From Octopus vulgaris (Eukaryota): a DNA stretch of 64,000 nucleotides. The notes below the pieces were generated by a model. It was given only the letters and a program-made list of their open reading frames with translations. It did not search any database and was not told the DNA's origin. Shown one piece after another: positions 26,717 through 40,211 of this stretch (position 1 is its first letter; every line of letters starts with the position of its first letter). The DNA lies in NCBI GenBank assembly GCA_951406725.2, contig OX597821.1, positions 109,120,001-109,184,000 on the forward strand, written 5' to 3'. The position numbers and the translations under genes were made by a program.

Positions 26717-27070
26717 TAGTAATAATAATAGTAATAATAATGATGATGATGATAAGTATTATTATTGTTGTTGTTATTATTATCGTGGGAAAGTCATGAG
26801 CATTACACATTCTCATTAATTGCCTTATATAATTCTAGAGCTTTGTGTCCGTGTTACCATAAATCATATTCATGTATCCATTAATCCATTAATCCATTAA
26901 GCCGTCCATTATTAAAATAACCTTGTATTGCTACAAGCATTTCTTATTTTGATGATGATGATGATGATCATCATCATCATTATCAGACGATGACGACGAC
27001 AGAACGAAAAGAGCAATATTTATTATTATTAACAATAGTCATCATCATCATCATCATCATCATCATTATA

Positions 27071-27130
<60 letters not shown>

Positions 27131-27155
27131 GTTGTTGTTGTTGTTGTAGTTGTTG

Positions 27156-27221
<66 letters not shown>

Positions 27222-27222
<1 letters not shown>

Positions 27223-27490
27223 GGTGGTGAGCTGGCACTATCGTGAGTACACTGGGCGAAATGTTTAGCGACATTTCGTCCATCTTAACGTTTCTGTGTT
27301 CTAATTTTGCCGTGGTGGACTTTGCCTTTCATCCTTTCGGAGTCGAAAAGTTGCGTACCAGTGAAACACTGGGGTCGATGTAATAATAATAATAATAATA
27401 ATAATAAATATAAAATTCCCTGATGCAGTACCAGACTAGATACCTCGCACAAAATTTCTGGCCTTCTGCCTTTAGTAGAAAGGATTATTA
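27222..27490 (+). mobile_element. SINE family 1 copy containing a short templated insert
   Basis: The consensus is interrupted after GGGGTCGATGTAAT by (AAT)n-ATAAAATTCCCTGATGCAGTACCAGAC. Confidence 0.75.
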
Positions 27491-27508
27491 TTTTTTATTG
27501 TTATTATT

Positions 27509-27541
<33 letters not shown>

Positions 27542-27571
27542 ATTATCATTATTAATATTATTATTATTATT

Positions 27572-27857
27572 GAGTGATAGAGCAAATTATCGAAATCTCC
27601 AACGATTCCTCTCAACACACGGCTATGATTCTCCCCCGCTACTTCTGCTCGTGATCAGAGATGCACATATCGTCAGCCACTAAGGGACATAGTCAGCTGG
27701 TTAAGGTCAAACAACTGACAACCAAATCTGTGGCATTGAGCAGAATATTTGCTGTAGCCCTCTTGTATACCAAGACAAAACAATATCCATGATAACACTT
27801 CCAACCAGTAAAGATCGGAAGCCATGAGAGCCACTGTCTGGTACTGCATCAGGGAAT
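27572..27857 (-). mobile_element. Internally deleted copy of the ~560-bp TAA-associated repeat
   Basis: Reverse complement of 45575-45825 joined to the terminal CTCT(A)TCACTCAATAATAA. Confidence 0.8.
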
Positions 27858-27875
27858 TTTATATTTATTATTATT

Positions 27876-27912
<37 letters not shown>

Positions 27913-28721
27913 GCGGAGGTCGACTTTGCCTGTCATCCTTTCGGGGTCGATAAATTAAGTACCAGTTACGCACTGGGGTCGATATAATCGACTTAATCCG
28001 TTTGTCTTTCCTTGTTTGTCCTCTCTGTGTTTAGCCCCTTGTGGGTAAGAATGAAATAGGTATTTCGTCTGTAGCTACGTTCTGAGTTCAAATTCCTCTG
28101 AGGCCAATTTTGCCTTTCATCCTTTCGGGGTCGATAAATAAAGTATCAATGAAACACTGGGGTTGATGAAATCGACTTATCACCTACCCCCAAATTGTTC
28201 GCCTTGAGGCAAAATTTGAAACCATTGTTATTGTTATTGTTATTGTTGTTGTTTTCGCTGTGGTGGTGGTGGTGGTGGTGGTGATGGCGGTGGTGGTTAT
28301 TATTGTTCTAATAATCTATGTTACGATGATAATGATTATGAGAAACGCATGAACATTACAAATTCCTCATATTCTCAACATGCGTACATTAAAACTCATC
28401 CATGTATAATAATAAATAAAAGAACAACTATATTTTACATTCCTTTATTCATAAATTCCTCAGATTATGGTAATCACATTGTATTAGTAGAAACATTTCT
28501 GTTATGTTCATGATAATAATCGTGGGAAAGGCATGAACGTTATAAATTCCTCATATTTATTCTTCTCTGCAAATCTTCTTATCTATGTAGATAGAAAACA
28601 AAGATTTCGGCCTACGGTCCATTAATCGACTTATGGTTTCCTCCTTCGAAATCGTTTCTCTCTTTCTTTTTCTTTTTCTTCCTATCTACCTAAGTACCTA
28701 ACTATCTATCTATCTATATAT

Positions 28722-28788
<67 letters not shown>

Positions 28789-28854
28789 CTCTTCTTCCCA
28801 AAAAGAAAAGCGCTACATTGTATTTTTGTTCAGCCCTGGTAGCCAATAAAGAAA

Positions 28855-28944
<90 letters not shown>

Positions 28945-28953
28945 CTATCTATC

Positions 28954-29023
<70 letters not shown>

Positions 29024-29101
29024 AGTTTGTCAGTCTGTCTCTCTCTTTCTTTCTTTCTTCTTCAATTTCTTTTTCTCTATTGTCTATCAATCTATAGTGT
29101 G

Positions 29102-29137
<36 letters not shown>

Positions 29138-29244
29138 TCTTCATTTATTCTTTTACAGCTTTACTTGTTTCGGTCATTTTGACTGTGGCCATGCTGGAGC
29201 ACCGCCTCTAAGTCGAGGTTGTCAGGCGATGGTGGGGGACGGAG

Positions 29245-29329
<85 letters not shown>

Positions 29330-29339
29330 TGGGGTGTAG

Positions 29340-29612
29340 ATGAAGGTGCATGGCTCAGTAGTTAGAGCGTCGAGCTTACGATCGTGAGATTGTGAGTTCG
29401 ATTTTCGGACCGGAATGCGTGTTGTGTTCTTGTTAACTCAGCTGTAGATACGAGTTGTGACATCACTTTCCTTGGATAGCATCAGTGGTGTGGAGAGGGG
29501 AGTCCGGTATGCATGGGCGACTGCTGATCTTCCATAAACAACCTTGCCCGGACTTGTGCCTTGGAGGGTAAGGTGCAATCCCATGGTCATTCATGATCAA
29601 AGGCAGTCTCCT
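29340..29612 (+). mobile_element. tRNA-derived SINE family 3 with RTE-like 3' tail
   Basis: A box TGGCTCAGTAGTTAGAGCG, B box GAGTTCGATT. The tail GCAATCCCATGGTCATTCATGA resembles the RTE 3' UTR motif at ~23020. Confidence 0.7.
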
Positions 29613-29832
29613 CATGTATTTATATATATATATATATACTTATATATATACATATATACATATATATATATATATATGGCGGGCTTCTTTCAGTTTCTAT
29701 CTACTAAATCCACACACAAGGCTTTGGCCCGAGGCTATAGAAAATATCTGCCCAAGGTGCCACGCAGTGGGACTGAACCCAGAACCACGTGGTTGGGAAG
29801 AAAGCTTCTTACTATACACCCACTCCTGCGAC

Positions 29833-29876
<44 letters not shown>

Positions 29877-30124
29877 ATAATTTTAATGCGAGAAGATGGA
29901 ATGAAGATCGAAATCACATGTGTTTCTGTGCACCAGTATCAGCTGGTAATTGTTGAGTGTTTCACGTCTTATATGCATTAATATTATCCAACAATAGCTG
30001 TACATTTGCACGTCTTCGGGTGAGTAGGCTTCGAGAGCACTGCTGTATGATGGCATATGATAGCCAATACTTGTAGAAGGGCTTTGGAAAGCACGCTATA
30101 ATGTTATTACTAGGATGATGTTAT

Positions 30125-30177
<53 letters not shown>

Positions 30178-31194
30178 TATATATATATATATATATATGC
30201 AAACGCAAACACGCTCACACACATATATATATATATATACGTGTGTATAGATGCGTGTGTATGTACGTGGGTGTGTGATTGTCTAGTAGTATGTTAAATA
30301 TTTACACATGTTGCTTTAGTTAGAAGCTTACTCAACGCTTATGTAAATGTTTCCATTGTCGTCTGTTTTTTTACTTGCATTATTTTTATTTACATTCCTA
30401 CTATATTCATTTATTCACGCTTTATATTGATTTATTCATTAAGGAATTTCATTAACTTTTAATTGTTGTTCTTTCTAATTTCTTTCATTGTTCGTCTTTC
30501 AAATTATATCATTCTCTCTAATTAATCTTTCTTTCACTATCCTTCTTGGGACATCTTCCTTTCTCGTCTGCCTTTGATCTCTCATGCTATATTTATTCTG
30601 CTTGAGTCATTTTCTTTCATTTTATTTCATTTATTATCCTTCAACATCTTTCTTTCTTGGACATCCTAAAATCATTCTTTCATCTTTTATTCTCCTAATT
30701 TCATTCTTATTCATTCATTTTCTTTCATTCATTATCCTTCTCTCAACATTCTTCTTTCTTGTAAATACTTTCTCATTCCTTCTCCTTCATTCGTTATCCT
30801 ACTTTCAAAATGTTTGCTCGTTGTACATGCATCGTCGTTCTTTCTTATTCATTTTCTTTCATTCTATTTCACTCACTATGCCTCCTTCAAAATCTATCAT
30901 CGTTTTACGGTCATTATCTTTCATTCAACTTTTCATTCTGTTAAATTCATTATTCATCTTCAAATTCATTCACTCTCCTACAATTTTTACCATTCTGTCG
31001 TCTTTTATTCTTGATATTCATTTCCTTCTTTCGACGTCTTTCATTCTCGTACAGTCCGTTCCCTTTCAGCATTTTGATCCTTCTTACATTCATTGTTCTT
31101 CATTAAATTCATTCCCTTACAGCCATTTTACTTTTTCAACTCCTTATTTTCTTGTAGTTTCAGCTTCCTTTATTTCCCGGCACATACTTCTTGT

Positions 31195-31580
31195 ATTCTT
31201 TTATTCTTTTACTTGTTTCAGCCATTTGACTGCGGCCATGCTGGAGCACCGCCTTTAGTCGAACGAATCAACCCCAGGACATTCTTTGTAAGCCTAGTAA
31301 TTGTTCTATCGGTCGTTTTTGCCTAACCGCTAAGTTACGGGGACGTGAATACACCAACATCGGTTGTCAAGCGATGGCAGAGGAAGGAACAAACACATAA
31401 ACACACACACACACATATACATACGACGGGCTTCTTTCAGTTTCCGTCTACCAAATCCACTCACAAGGTTTTGGTTGGCCCGTGGCTATAGTAGAAGACA
31501 CTTGCTTAAGGTGCCACACAGTGAGACTGAACCCGGAACATGTGAATGGTAAGCACGCTACTTACCACACAGCCACTCCT
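31195..31580 (-). mobile_element. Near full-length SINE family 2
   Basis: Complete head-to-tail consensus on the minus strand. Confidence 0.9.
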
Positions 31581-31959
31581 TTTTTCCCTTTTTTTTTTTT
31601 CATTTACTTCGGTGTCTTATTGTATTGGTTGTCTAGCAAATATTTTGCAGTAGATATTTTATGGTAAATATTTCGGCATGAAATCTTCTCTCAATACGAA
31701 AGCAGATAAAATATAAAGATAAACCATTTTTACCTCCCACGTAAAAATCAAAGGAAAACACTCATTGGCAAATTCTCCACAGAAAAATTCTTTGGTGAAT
31801 GTTTCCGAAATGGCAAGTCTCGGAGCAAAAACGCACATAAAAGAATATGATACTAGAGTCAGCAATAAGAAAAAATACCAAAAATAAGAATGATGATGAT
31901 AGTAGCAGCAGTGGCAGTAGTAGTAGTAGAAGACATAATGTTCACAATAAAGGTTACCG

Positions 31960-32645
31960 TTATGGTTTCAAATTTTCGTACAGTGCCTGATACTTTGAAG
32001 AAAGGTGATCGTCGATTGCTTGGAACCCGTTGCTCATCTGGTAATTATTTTATAGATCCAAAGTAAAGGATGAAAGGCAAAATCGACTACGGCAGAATTT
32101 GAATTCGATACGTAAAGATTGACGAAATACCGCTAAACATATTGCCCAGCGTGCTAACGTTTCTGCCAGCTCGCCGCTGACGAAATACCTATTTCTTTAA
32201 TACCCACAAGGAGCTAAACACGGAGAGAACAAACAAGGACAGACAAACGGATTAAGTCGATTATATCGACCCCAGTACGTAACTGGTACTTATTTAATCG
32301 ACCCCGAAAGGATGAAAGACAAAGTCGACCTCGGCGGAATTTGAACTCAGAACGTAGCGACAGACGAAATATCGCTAAGCGTTTCATCCGGCGTGCTAAC
32401 GTTTCTGCCAGTTCGCTGCCTTAATAATAAATCTTTTCAACTATAGGCACAAGGCCCCGAAATTTTGGAGGTGGGAGCAGTCGATTAAATCGACCTCAGT
32501 ACGCAACTGGTAATTAATTAATCGACCCCGAGAGGATGAAAGGCAAAGTCGACCTCCGCGGAATTTGAACTCAGAACGTAAAGAGACGAAATGCTGCCAA
32601 GTATTTTGCTCGGCGTGCTAATGACTCTGCCAGCTCACCGCCTTC
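31960..32645 (-). mobile_element. Array of SINE family 1 units
   Basis: At least three GGATGAAAG(G/A)CAAA(G/A)TCGAC..GAATTTGAA cores. Confidence 0.85.
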
Positions 32646-32679
32646 ATAGTGATAATAATGATAGCAGTTGTTATTGAGA

Positions 32680-33075
32680 GGCGCAGTAGTGGCTGTGTTG
32701 TAAGTAGCTTGCTTACCAACCACGTAGTTCTGGGTTCAGTCCCACTGCGTGGCCCCTTGGGCTAGTGTTTTCTACTATAGCTTCGGGCTGACCAAAGCCT
32801 TGTGAGTGCAATTGGTACACGGAAACTGGAAGAAGCCCGTCGTACATATGTATATATATGTATATGTATGTTTGTGTGTTTGTACCCACCAACATCGCTT
32901 GACAACCGAAGCTGGTGTGCTAACTCCCCGTAACTTAGCGGTTCGGCAAAAGAAACCGATAGAATAAGTACTAGGCATACAAAGAATAAGCTCTGGGATC
33001 GATTTGCTCGATTAAAGGCGATGCTCCAGCATGGCTGCAGTCAAACGGCTGAAACAAGTAAAACAGTAAAAGAGA
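32680..33075 (+). mobile_element. Full-length SINE family 2
   Basis: GGCGCAGTAGTGGCTGTG head, GGTTCAGTCCC B-box-like motif, internal TA/TG microsatellite, tail GCTGAAACAAGTAAAA. Confidence 0.9.
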
Positions 33076-33094
33076 GTGTGTGTGTGTCTATATA

Positions 33095-33162
<68 letters not shown>

Positions 33163-33574
33163 ATATATATTATATATTACATGTAGAGGCAGGGAGAGAA
33201 GGAGATATGAGACAGAGACAGATGTTTACTCCGGCCAGCAGTATAGATTACTCATCGTAATTAACAAGGACTTTCTACGTTAATTAATTCTCTATTTCAA
33301 ATTCCAGCATAATCAACGTATTCATTTCCATACCGAACTAAATTTAAGAAGAGAAATGAGAAAAAAAAAACAATAAGCTTTGCTTACATTTGAAAACGTG
33401 TTTGTCTTATTGTTGTTATTGTTAATGCTGTTGTTGTTTTTGTTGCTGTTGTTGTCTATTGTTTAAAAAGTTAGATTACTTGTACATGACTCATGCACAA
33501 CTGTAGGTTTTATAAATTATGTCGGATGATCAAGCGAACTCACACGTATGTCTTCAATAAATAAATATATGTAT

Positions 33575-34229
<655 letters not shown>

Positions 34230-34355
34230 TATACAGATATACGTACGTGTGCGTGTACATGCGTGACTATACATACATAAGTATATACATATGCGTGTGT
34301 AAATATATATATACTTGCATGTTTGCGTGTATCGTTGTACGAATGTGAGTTGTAT

Positions 34356-34389
<34 letters not shown>

Positions 34390-34464
34390 TTTATCTAAGT
34401 TTTATATATATATATGCTGATGAGTTACCAAATGTATTCAACACATATGGATCGTAGCTACACA

Positions 34465-34710
34465 GCACGCAGGTCAGTCAAAAATTATTCGCATTCTTGT
34501 TTCTGTAATTTATTAAGACATATGAGCAGGGATGACAAATTTATTTTTCGACATGGTCTTCTTACTTTTCGATGCATTTCGTCCAGCAGTCCACAAGCTT
34601 GATAATTGCATCGGAGAAATTTTTCGGCTGGTCGCCAAGCCATTTGTGCACGGCTTCCTGCGCTTCTTCGGTCATAGCAAATCAACGATCTCGTAAAAGA
34701 TATTTAGTCC
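34465..34710 (-). mobile_element. Mariner transposase C-terminal remnant plus TIR
   Basis: Minus strand EEAQEAVHKWLGDQPKNFSDAIIKLVDCWTKCIEK*EDHVEK*, with TIR-like AGGTCAGTCAAAAATTATTCG. Confidence 0.75.
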
Positions 34711-34874
34711 ATTATTTACATTATTTATATTACTAACATTTGATGGATATTTGTCCTCATCTTGTTTGTTGTTAACACAACGTTTCGGCTGATATACCCT
34801 CCAGCCTTCATCAGATGTCTTGGGGAAATTTCGAACCTGGGTTCTCGTTCCTAAGGTATTTTTCAATGTTGTTG

Positions 34875-34945
<71 letters not shown>

Positions 34946-35060
34946 GTTGTTGTTATTACTATTATTATTATTGTTATTACTATTATTATTATTCAGGTCA
35001 GTGCCAGGAATCGAACTCGGAATCTTGAGCTTAGTAGCCCGCGCTCTTAACCACTACACC
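34711..35060 (-). mobile_element. tRNA-headed short element containing an (AAT)n spacer and a canonical hammerhead motif
   Basis: Head 35060-34993 GGTGTAGTGGTTAAGAGCGCGGGCTACTAAG..GAGTTCGATTCC (A and B boxes), then (AAT)n, the hammerhead at 34819-34774, and an AT-rich tail. Confidence 0.75.
34774..34819 (-). ncRNA. Minimal type-I hammerhead ribozyme motif, canonical CUGAUGA/GAAA core
   Basis: gacat-CTGATGA-A-GGCTG-gagggtatat-CAGCC-GAAACGTT-gtgtt: 5-bp stem II, palindromic AACGTT, stem I with two G-U pairs. Confidence 0.8.
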
Positions 35061-35299
35061 AAAAAAGAGATAGTCGGATGGGTCGGATCTGAACTGCATT
35101 CAGGATGCTCCAGCAAATCGAAACTTAACTCTTAAAGGATTTAAGCAGAGCGAATGCCCGTTGCATGATCCCATGTTAAAGACATCGGGGTCTCAGTTTG
35201 AATCTTTTGGGCACTACAAAGCGTTTTCTATACTGACAATCTCTGGATCTCATCTGTGAACTACACACACACACACACACACACACATTCCGTCGTTTT

Positions 35300-35486
35300 G
35301 ACCTTCGAATGACACCACCTTGTTTGCTAGGCGAGTGGCCCAACGTACTCCGCTGATCGAAAGGATGACTGGGACAACGGGGAATTTTAAGAGTTTTGCT
35401 CCGGAAACCAAAGCGTCACATCGTCTGGGAATCGAAGCCGCGATCTAGCGATCGTGAGTGTGAAGCAGCCTAACCACTACGCTAAA
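35300..35486 (-). mobile_element. Decayed tRNA-derived SINE
   Basis: Minus strand TAGCGTAGTGGTTAGG..CACGATCG..GGCTTCGATTCCCC. Confidence 0.55.
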
Positions 35487-35813
35487 CACACACACACACA
35501 CAAACTCATATACATTACTACGTCTGCTCCTAAGAGAGTGTGTCACCTATTACATTTCATACGGGTATACATACATGCATACCTACAAAGATATAAGTGT
35601 ATGTATGTATTATGTATGAATGTATGTGTATGTGGCTACCAATGAAATACGATAGCTGACACAATCACATAGGAGCAAACATGCATAAGATACAATGTCT
35701 CAAATAACATTTGTATTATTTCTGATGTGATTGCAGGATTGAAACTCGAGTCTACGAAACCCAAATTTAATTATGTCAAAGTTTGTAATACACTACTGTC
35801 GACCTGTGGTGTA

Positions 35814-35875
35814 TATAACTTGTTACTTGGCAATCCTTACAACGACGTTGTTAACATTACATGTGTGGCTATATC

Positions 35876-35941
<66 letters not shown>

Positions 35942-36024
35942 GATATATATATATGTATATATGTATGTATCTAGATATAGCCACAGATGTAATGTTAACA
36001 AGGATTGCCAAGTAACAAGTTATA
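35814..36024. repeat. Inverted repeat (~53-bp arms) bracketing a (TA)n tract
   Basis: tataacttgttacttggcaatcctt[11-nt insert]gttaacattacatgtgtggctatatcta / tagatatagccacagatgtaatgttaacaaggattgccaagtaacaagttata. Confidence 0.9.
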
Positions 36025-36309
36025 GAGAAAGAGCCAGGTTCTAAACAAAATCCAAGGCTCCTTCATTGGAATTTCAACATCAACAACAGGGTATTTTTGT
36101 ATATATGAAAGCATGTATGTATGTATGCAAATATGTGCAGATTTGTATGTTTTGCTCTACGTATTCTCATGTGTACAGTTGCTTCTAAACATGCTCATAT
36201 ATATTAAAATGCTAAACTTCTGCAAAGTTTTACAGATTTTTGCAGTTCTTGTGATGGATTGTATCTACTTTTCGAATTAGCTTTCTCCATCTGTGTGTAT
36301 GTATATATG

Positions 36310-36359
<50 letters not shown>

Positions 36360-36371
36360 TGTATGTATGTA

Positions 36372-36402
<31 letters not shown>

Positions 36403-37589
36403 ATGTATGTATGTATGTATGTATGTATGTATGTATGTATGTATGTATGTATGTATATATGCGCGTGTGTGTGTGTTTGTGTAGAACATCGACAGCGATG
36501 ATAACATAGGTTTACGGGAGAGAGACACAGAGACAGACAAACAGACAGACAGACAGAGAAAGAGAAAGAGAGATTCAGCAATGTTCATGGGACCCCAATG
36601 TGTTCTTCCCACATTCACTTCTTAACAAAAGTTTCTTGATTCCTTCTAAAATATTTTAAACAGACTTGAATTAGCAGTTTAAAAGGTTTTTACAAATATA
36701 CCCGTAATTTTATCATAGGAGTAAAGGTTTGCCGTATCATTTACGTCATCTTTTCGACATTTTTAATATATCTTTTGCAGACAACAGAATTATTCAATGA
36801 AATTCGTGCTTCATATTGTTTACACTACATATCTGCGTACGTGTACGCGAGCACCTAAGCATGCGTACGTGTTTGTATGTGTGCAATCATTTTGAAAGAA
36901 TGCGGATCCTGTAAATGAGGCGAACGCCTACAGTAAATTGCAAAATACTGCACGGCCTATCCTTTACCAATCTGCAAGTGCAACTGCTGATAGTCATGTG
37001 TGCACCACACAGACTGTAACCATTTATGTGTGGCTCGGCAGTCAACAAGAATTTGAAAATCCTTTTTTCTTTAAAAGCGAGTCGCAATATCGCGACAATC
37101 TTTCAAACGGTTGTCTGAGTGTGTGTGTGGTGTGTGTGTTTGTGTGCATGAATGTATGTATTATATATTATTTATATTATTATATATGCACATAATAATA
37201 TTAATAATATATAAATATATGCATATATACATACATATATGTACATACCTACATATATATGTATATATACATGCCTATACCTTTAAAGGTATTTTTTAAT
37301 ATGCTGGCCATTGATAAAAAATTTTTGGGGAGAAAATTTTATCCTACATCAAATATATATATATATCAGTTTCCGCCTACCAAATCCACTGAGAAGGATT
37401 TCGTCGGCCCGAAGCTATAGTAGGAAACATTAACCGCAAGGTGCCACGAAGTGGAACTGAGCCCAGCTCCAAGTGGTTGGGAAGCAAGCGACTTACCTCA
37501 TAGCCACGTCAGCGTATATTTCTATATCTGCAATTAATTATAGTTTTAACGTTATTTTAACAGTAAGAATTAATAAGGAGTAAATATTC

Positions 37590-37972
37590 GTTTCTACCCG
37601 AAATTTTTAGGGAAAGGACCAGTCAATTAGATCGACCCCAATGCGCAACTGATACTTAATTTATCGACCCCGAGAGGATGAAAGGCAAAGTAGACCTCGG
37701 CGGAATTTGAACTCAGAACGTAGCGGCAGACGAAATACCTGTTTCCTTACTACTCACAAGGGGCTAAACACAGAGAGGACAAGCAAGGACAGACAAACGG
37801 TTTAAGTCGATTATATCGACCCCAGTGTGTAACTGGTACTTATTTAATCGGTCCCGAAAGGATGAAGAGCAAAGTCGACCTCGGCGGAATTTGAACTCAG
37901 AACGTAGTGGCAGACGAAATACCGCTAAGCATTTCGCCCGGCGTGTTAACGATTCTGCCAACTCGCCGCCTT
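37590..37972 (-). mobile_element. SINE family 1, dimeric
   Basis: Family 1 consensus with the core present twice. Confidence 0.9.
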
Positions 37973-38409
37973 ATAAAGAGTAAATATTTTTAAAGTTGTA
38001 AATCGTGTACAGCAACGCATGTTTATGAGACTTGCGAGTTGCGTTTATTGGATCCGCTGTGTAGTTGATCTACCTAAAGCTGAATATCAAGGGTATATAC
38101 CATATAGCGAATCAACAGGGAAGACTACGCGTGGTTGCTTGAACCGCTAGAAATAGCAACAAGTCTGCTTCACACCGCTATACTTCATTTGCTTGTTTAC
38201 CCAATAAAGGCGATAGCAGCGTCAATCCAAGACGTTCATTCTCCTCCGCGTCCAGTACCTGTTTCGCATCGGAGCGGACGTGGCTGACAAAATCGATACG
38301 TGGTAGACAGGCCAGTGTTTCAGATCTTTCTACTGAGATACCGGAATGAGTCCGCCTGCAGAAGATCATCATCAATAAGGACAGAATGAGAGCTAGCTGA
38401 GTACAAATG

Positions 38410-38720
38410 AGCATGATACAATTATGTTCTATCCGAAATGTTGCAGGACAACACCTGCAGGAAGGATATGAGGAAGGCAGAATATTTCAGAGTCAACGGA
38501 AAGAAAGGATGAGGCGTAGTTAAGGCTGAGCTAGGAGAGAACACAACAGGAGTGATAAAAGGGAGAGAGCTGAGTGGGTCAGGGGGTATCTGAATGAAAG
38601 ATGTATGAGAATATCCAACTCTAAGGAACAGAGGCTATTAAAGAAGAGATAAGCGATAAAGAGAGGAGACAGTATGTTAGTGGACCAAAAGCTGGAGAAT
38701 GCCTGTAAGTGGTTTAATGC
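38410..38720 (-). pseudogene. Possible ancient CR1/L2-group LINE C-terminal remnant
   Basis: Minus-strand fragments SLYR..CSLEL..YASSF.. recall the SLFYRY..CS.EL..Y..SFFPRT motif order; heavily decayed. Confidence 0.3.
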
Positions 38721-38822
38721 CAGCCAGTCAAGTGGAGAACTCCAGTTTTTCGATTACTCACTTGAAATCCGAACCGAGAATAGACATTGTGCATTGAGTT
38801 CATCGTGTGTTGAAGAGAAAAG

Positions 38823-39257
38823 GGATCTTTTCGGTTTGAACGGCAGTTTTTTTCTAGCGGTGTCATATGACATTGTCACCCATAATTATGACCCTGGTAT
38901 CGATCTAATGCATTTCAATCTATTTTAGGGTTAGGGTTAGGGTTAGGATTAGGGTTAGGAGTGGGGGGAAGGGTATCTTTTTTTCTTCACAAATGTAAAT
39001 AAACCCAATGTGTTTCTTAAACGAGGGACATATATCATACGGCACAGAATGTTTTTACCTCAATACACGTCACTGATTGGTTGAAATTGCAGAAATTTAA
39101 AAAAAAAACAACAAATATCTTACAAACTATAGAATTTTCTCAATAAAGCTAAGAGAAAAAGATGTTTTATAAACACATTCTCCCAGTATACGAAGTTTTA
39201 AATTTTTTAGTTACCTAGAAATTATGTTAAAAACTGCCGTTCAAACCGAAAAGATCC
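38823..39257. mobile_element. Intact 435-bp MITE with ~28-bp TIRs and 8-bp TSD (Merlin-like termini), containing TTAGGG repeats
   Basis: TIR GGATCTTTTCGGTTTGAACGGCAGTTTT / AAAACTGCCGTTCAAACCGAAAAGATCC. TSD GAGAAAAG at 38815-38822 and 39258-39265. Confidence 0.9.
38925..38960 (+). repeat. Interstitial telomeric-type repeat, ~6 TTAGGG/TTAGGA units
   Basis: TTAGGG TTAGGG TTAGGG TTAGGA TTAGGG TTAGGA. Confidence 0.9.
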
Positions 39258-39299
39258 GAGAAAAGATAGTATGCGATGGTGCAGCTGGATCGTCAGCAT

Positions 39300-39750
39300 A
39301 CTGGATCTCCTACACCGTGGTTGAGAGAGATTTGATTTGGATTTAAGGCGGCAAATGTTAAGGACGGTGCCACCAAAGGGTAACCTGTTACGTGATAGGC
39401 TTTGAGGTCTGTCTCCATCGTCGTCTTCTTTGCTGGTTTGGTCATGTGATTGGCCAGCTCCCAATGATGGTTCTCTTTAGCCAGATCGAGACTGGAGGTA
39501 GGCCTGATGGACGTTCAAAACTTTGTTTCCATGATCATTTCAAGCCGTCTCTCATTTCATGCTGTGTCCCTTCCAATCAATAGGCGGCCCCGTGTGTGAT
39601 GCTAGAGTGGAGCACTTTGAAACTGAACGCGGGAGACTGCATGAAGAAAGAAGGAAAGGTCGTCATCAAACCCCTGCGGCTGTGGTTCAGGGTCGCTTCA
39701 AGGGCCCTGAGTACCATTATACATTACATTGTGTTAAAGCAGTGAATACA
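39300..39750 (+). mobile_element. Decayed RTE-clade LINE 3' fragment
   Basis: HRRLLCWFGHVIGQLPMMVLFSQIETGGRPDGRSKLCFHDHFK matches RRLRWLGHV..LP..LLYGEL..G.R..GRPKLRFKD. Confidence 0.75.
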
Positions 39751-40211
39751 CGTAAAAGCATGTTAGCCTGGATTCATACTGCTTAGAAAATACTAGACGG
39801 TTTAGGTCGGAATTCCAACGCCTTTGATCATAGTTCTGCTGTAGGATGACTGACATTAGGTTAGAATAAACAACAGACAAAATGAGAGGAGATGTGTACA
39901 TTTGAAACTGTGCGGTCACTATAAAAATTAACTCTTGAAACATTTAATATAAACATACGGCAGACGTAGAGATCCAAATATTCCAGGACATGCTACAAAC
40001 ATTGCGGTACAGAAATAAATGCAGATTGCAGACTGTCCATATGTTGGAATATGGAATCACACAGGGTTTTAGAAAACATAATGTCTGCTCACAGAGGTTT
40101 TAATCCAAGGGAAATGAAATTTCTTTCCTGGAAGAGAAAACCAGTCAAACTACGAAGACATATATGAAGGAATGGAAATTGAATCAATGCCAATATTAGT
40201 AACTGGGTTAT

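Noticed and set aside
34993-35060. Functional tRNA gene
   Set aside because: The acceptor and anticodon stems do not pair properly; it is better read as an element head.
36025-36075. Minus-strand CCAATGAAGG..AGAACC hammerhead-like string
   Set aside because: Too many core deviations and no stem II in this copy.
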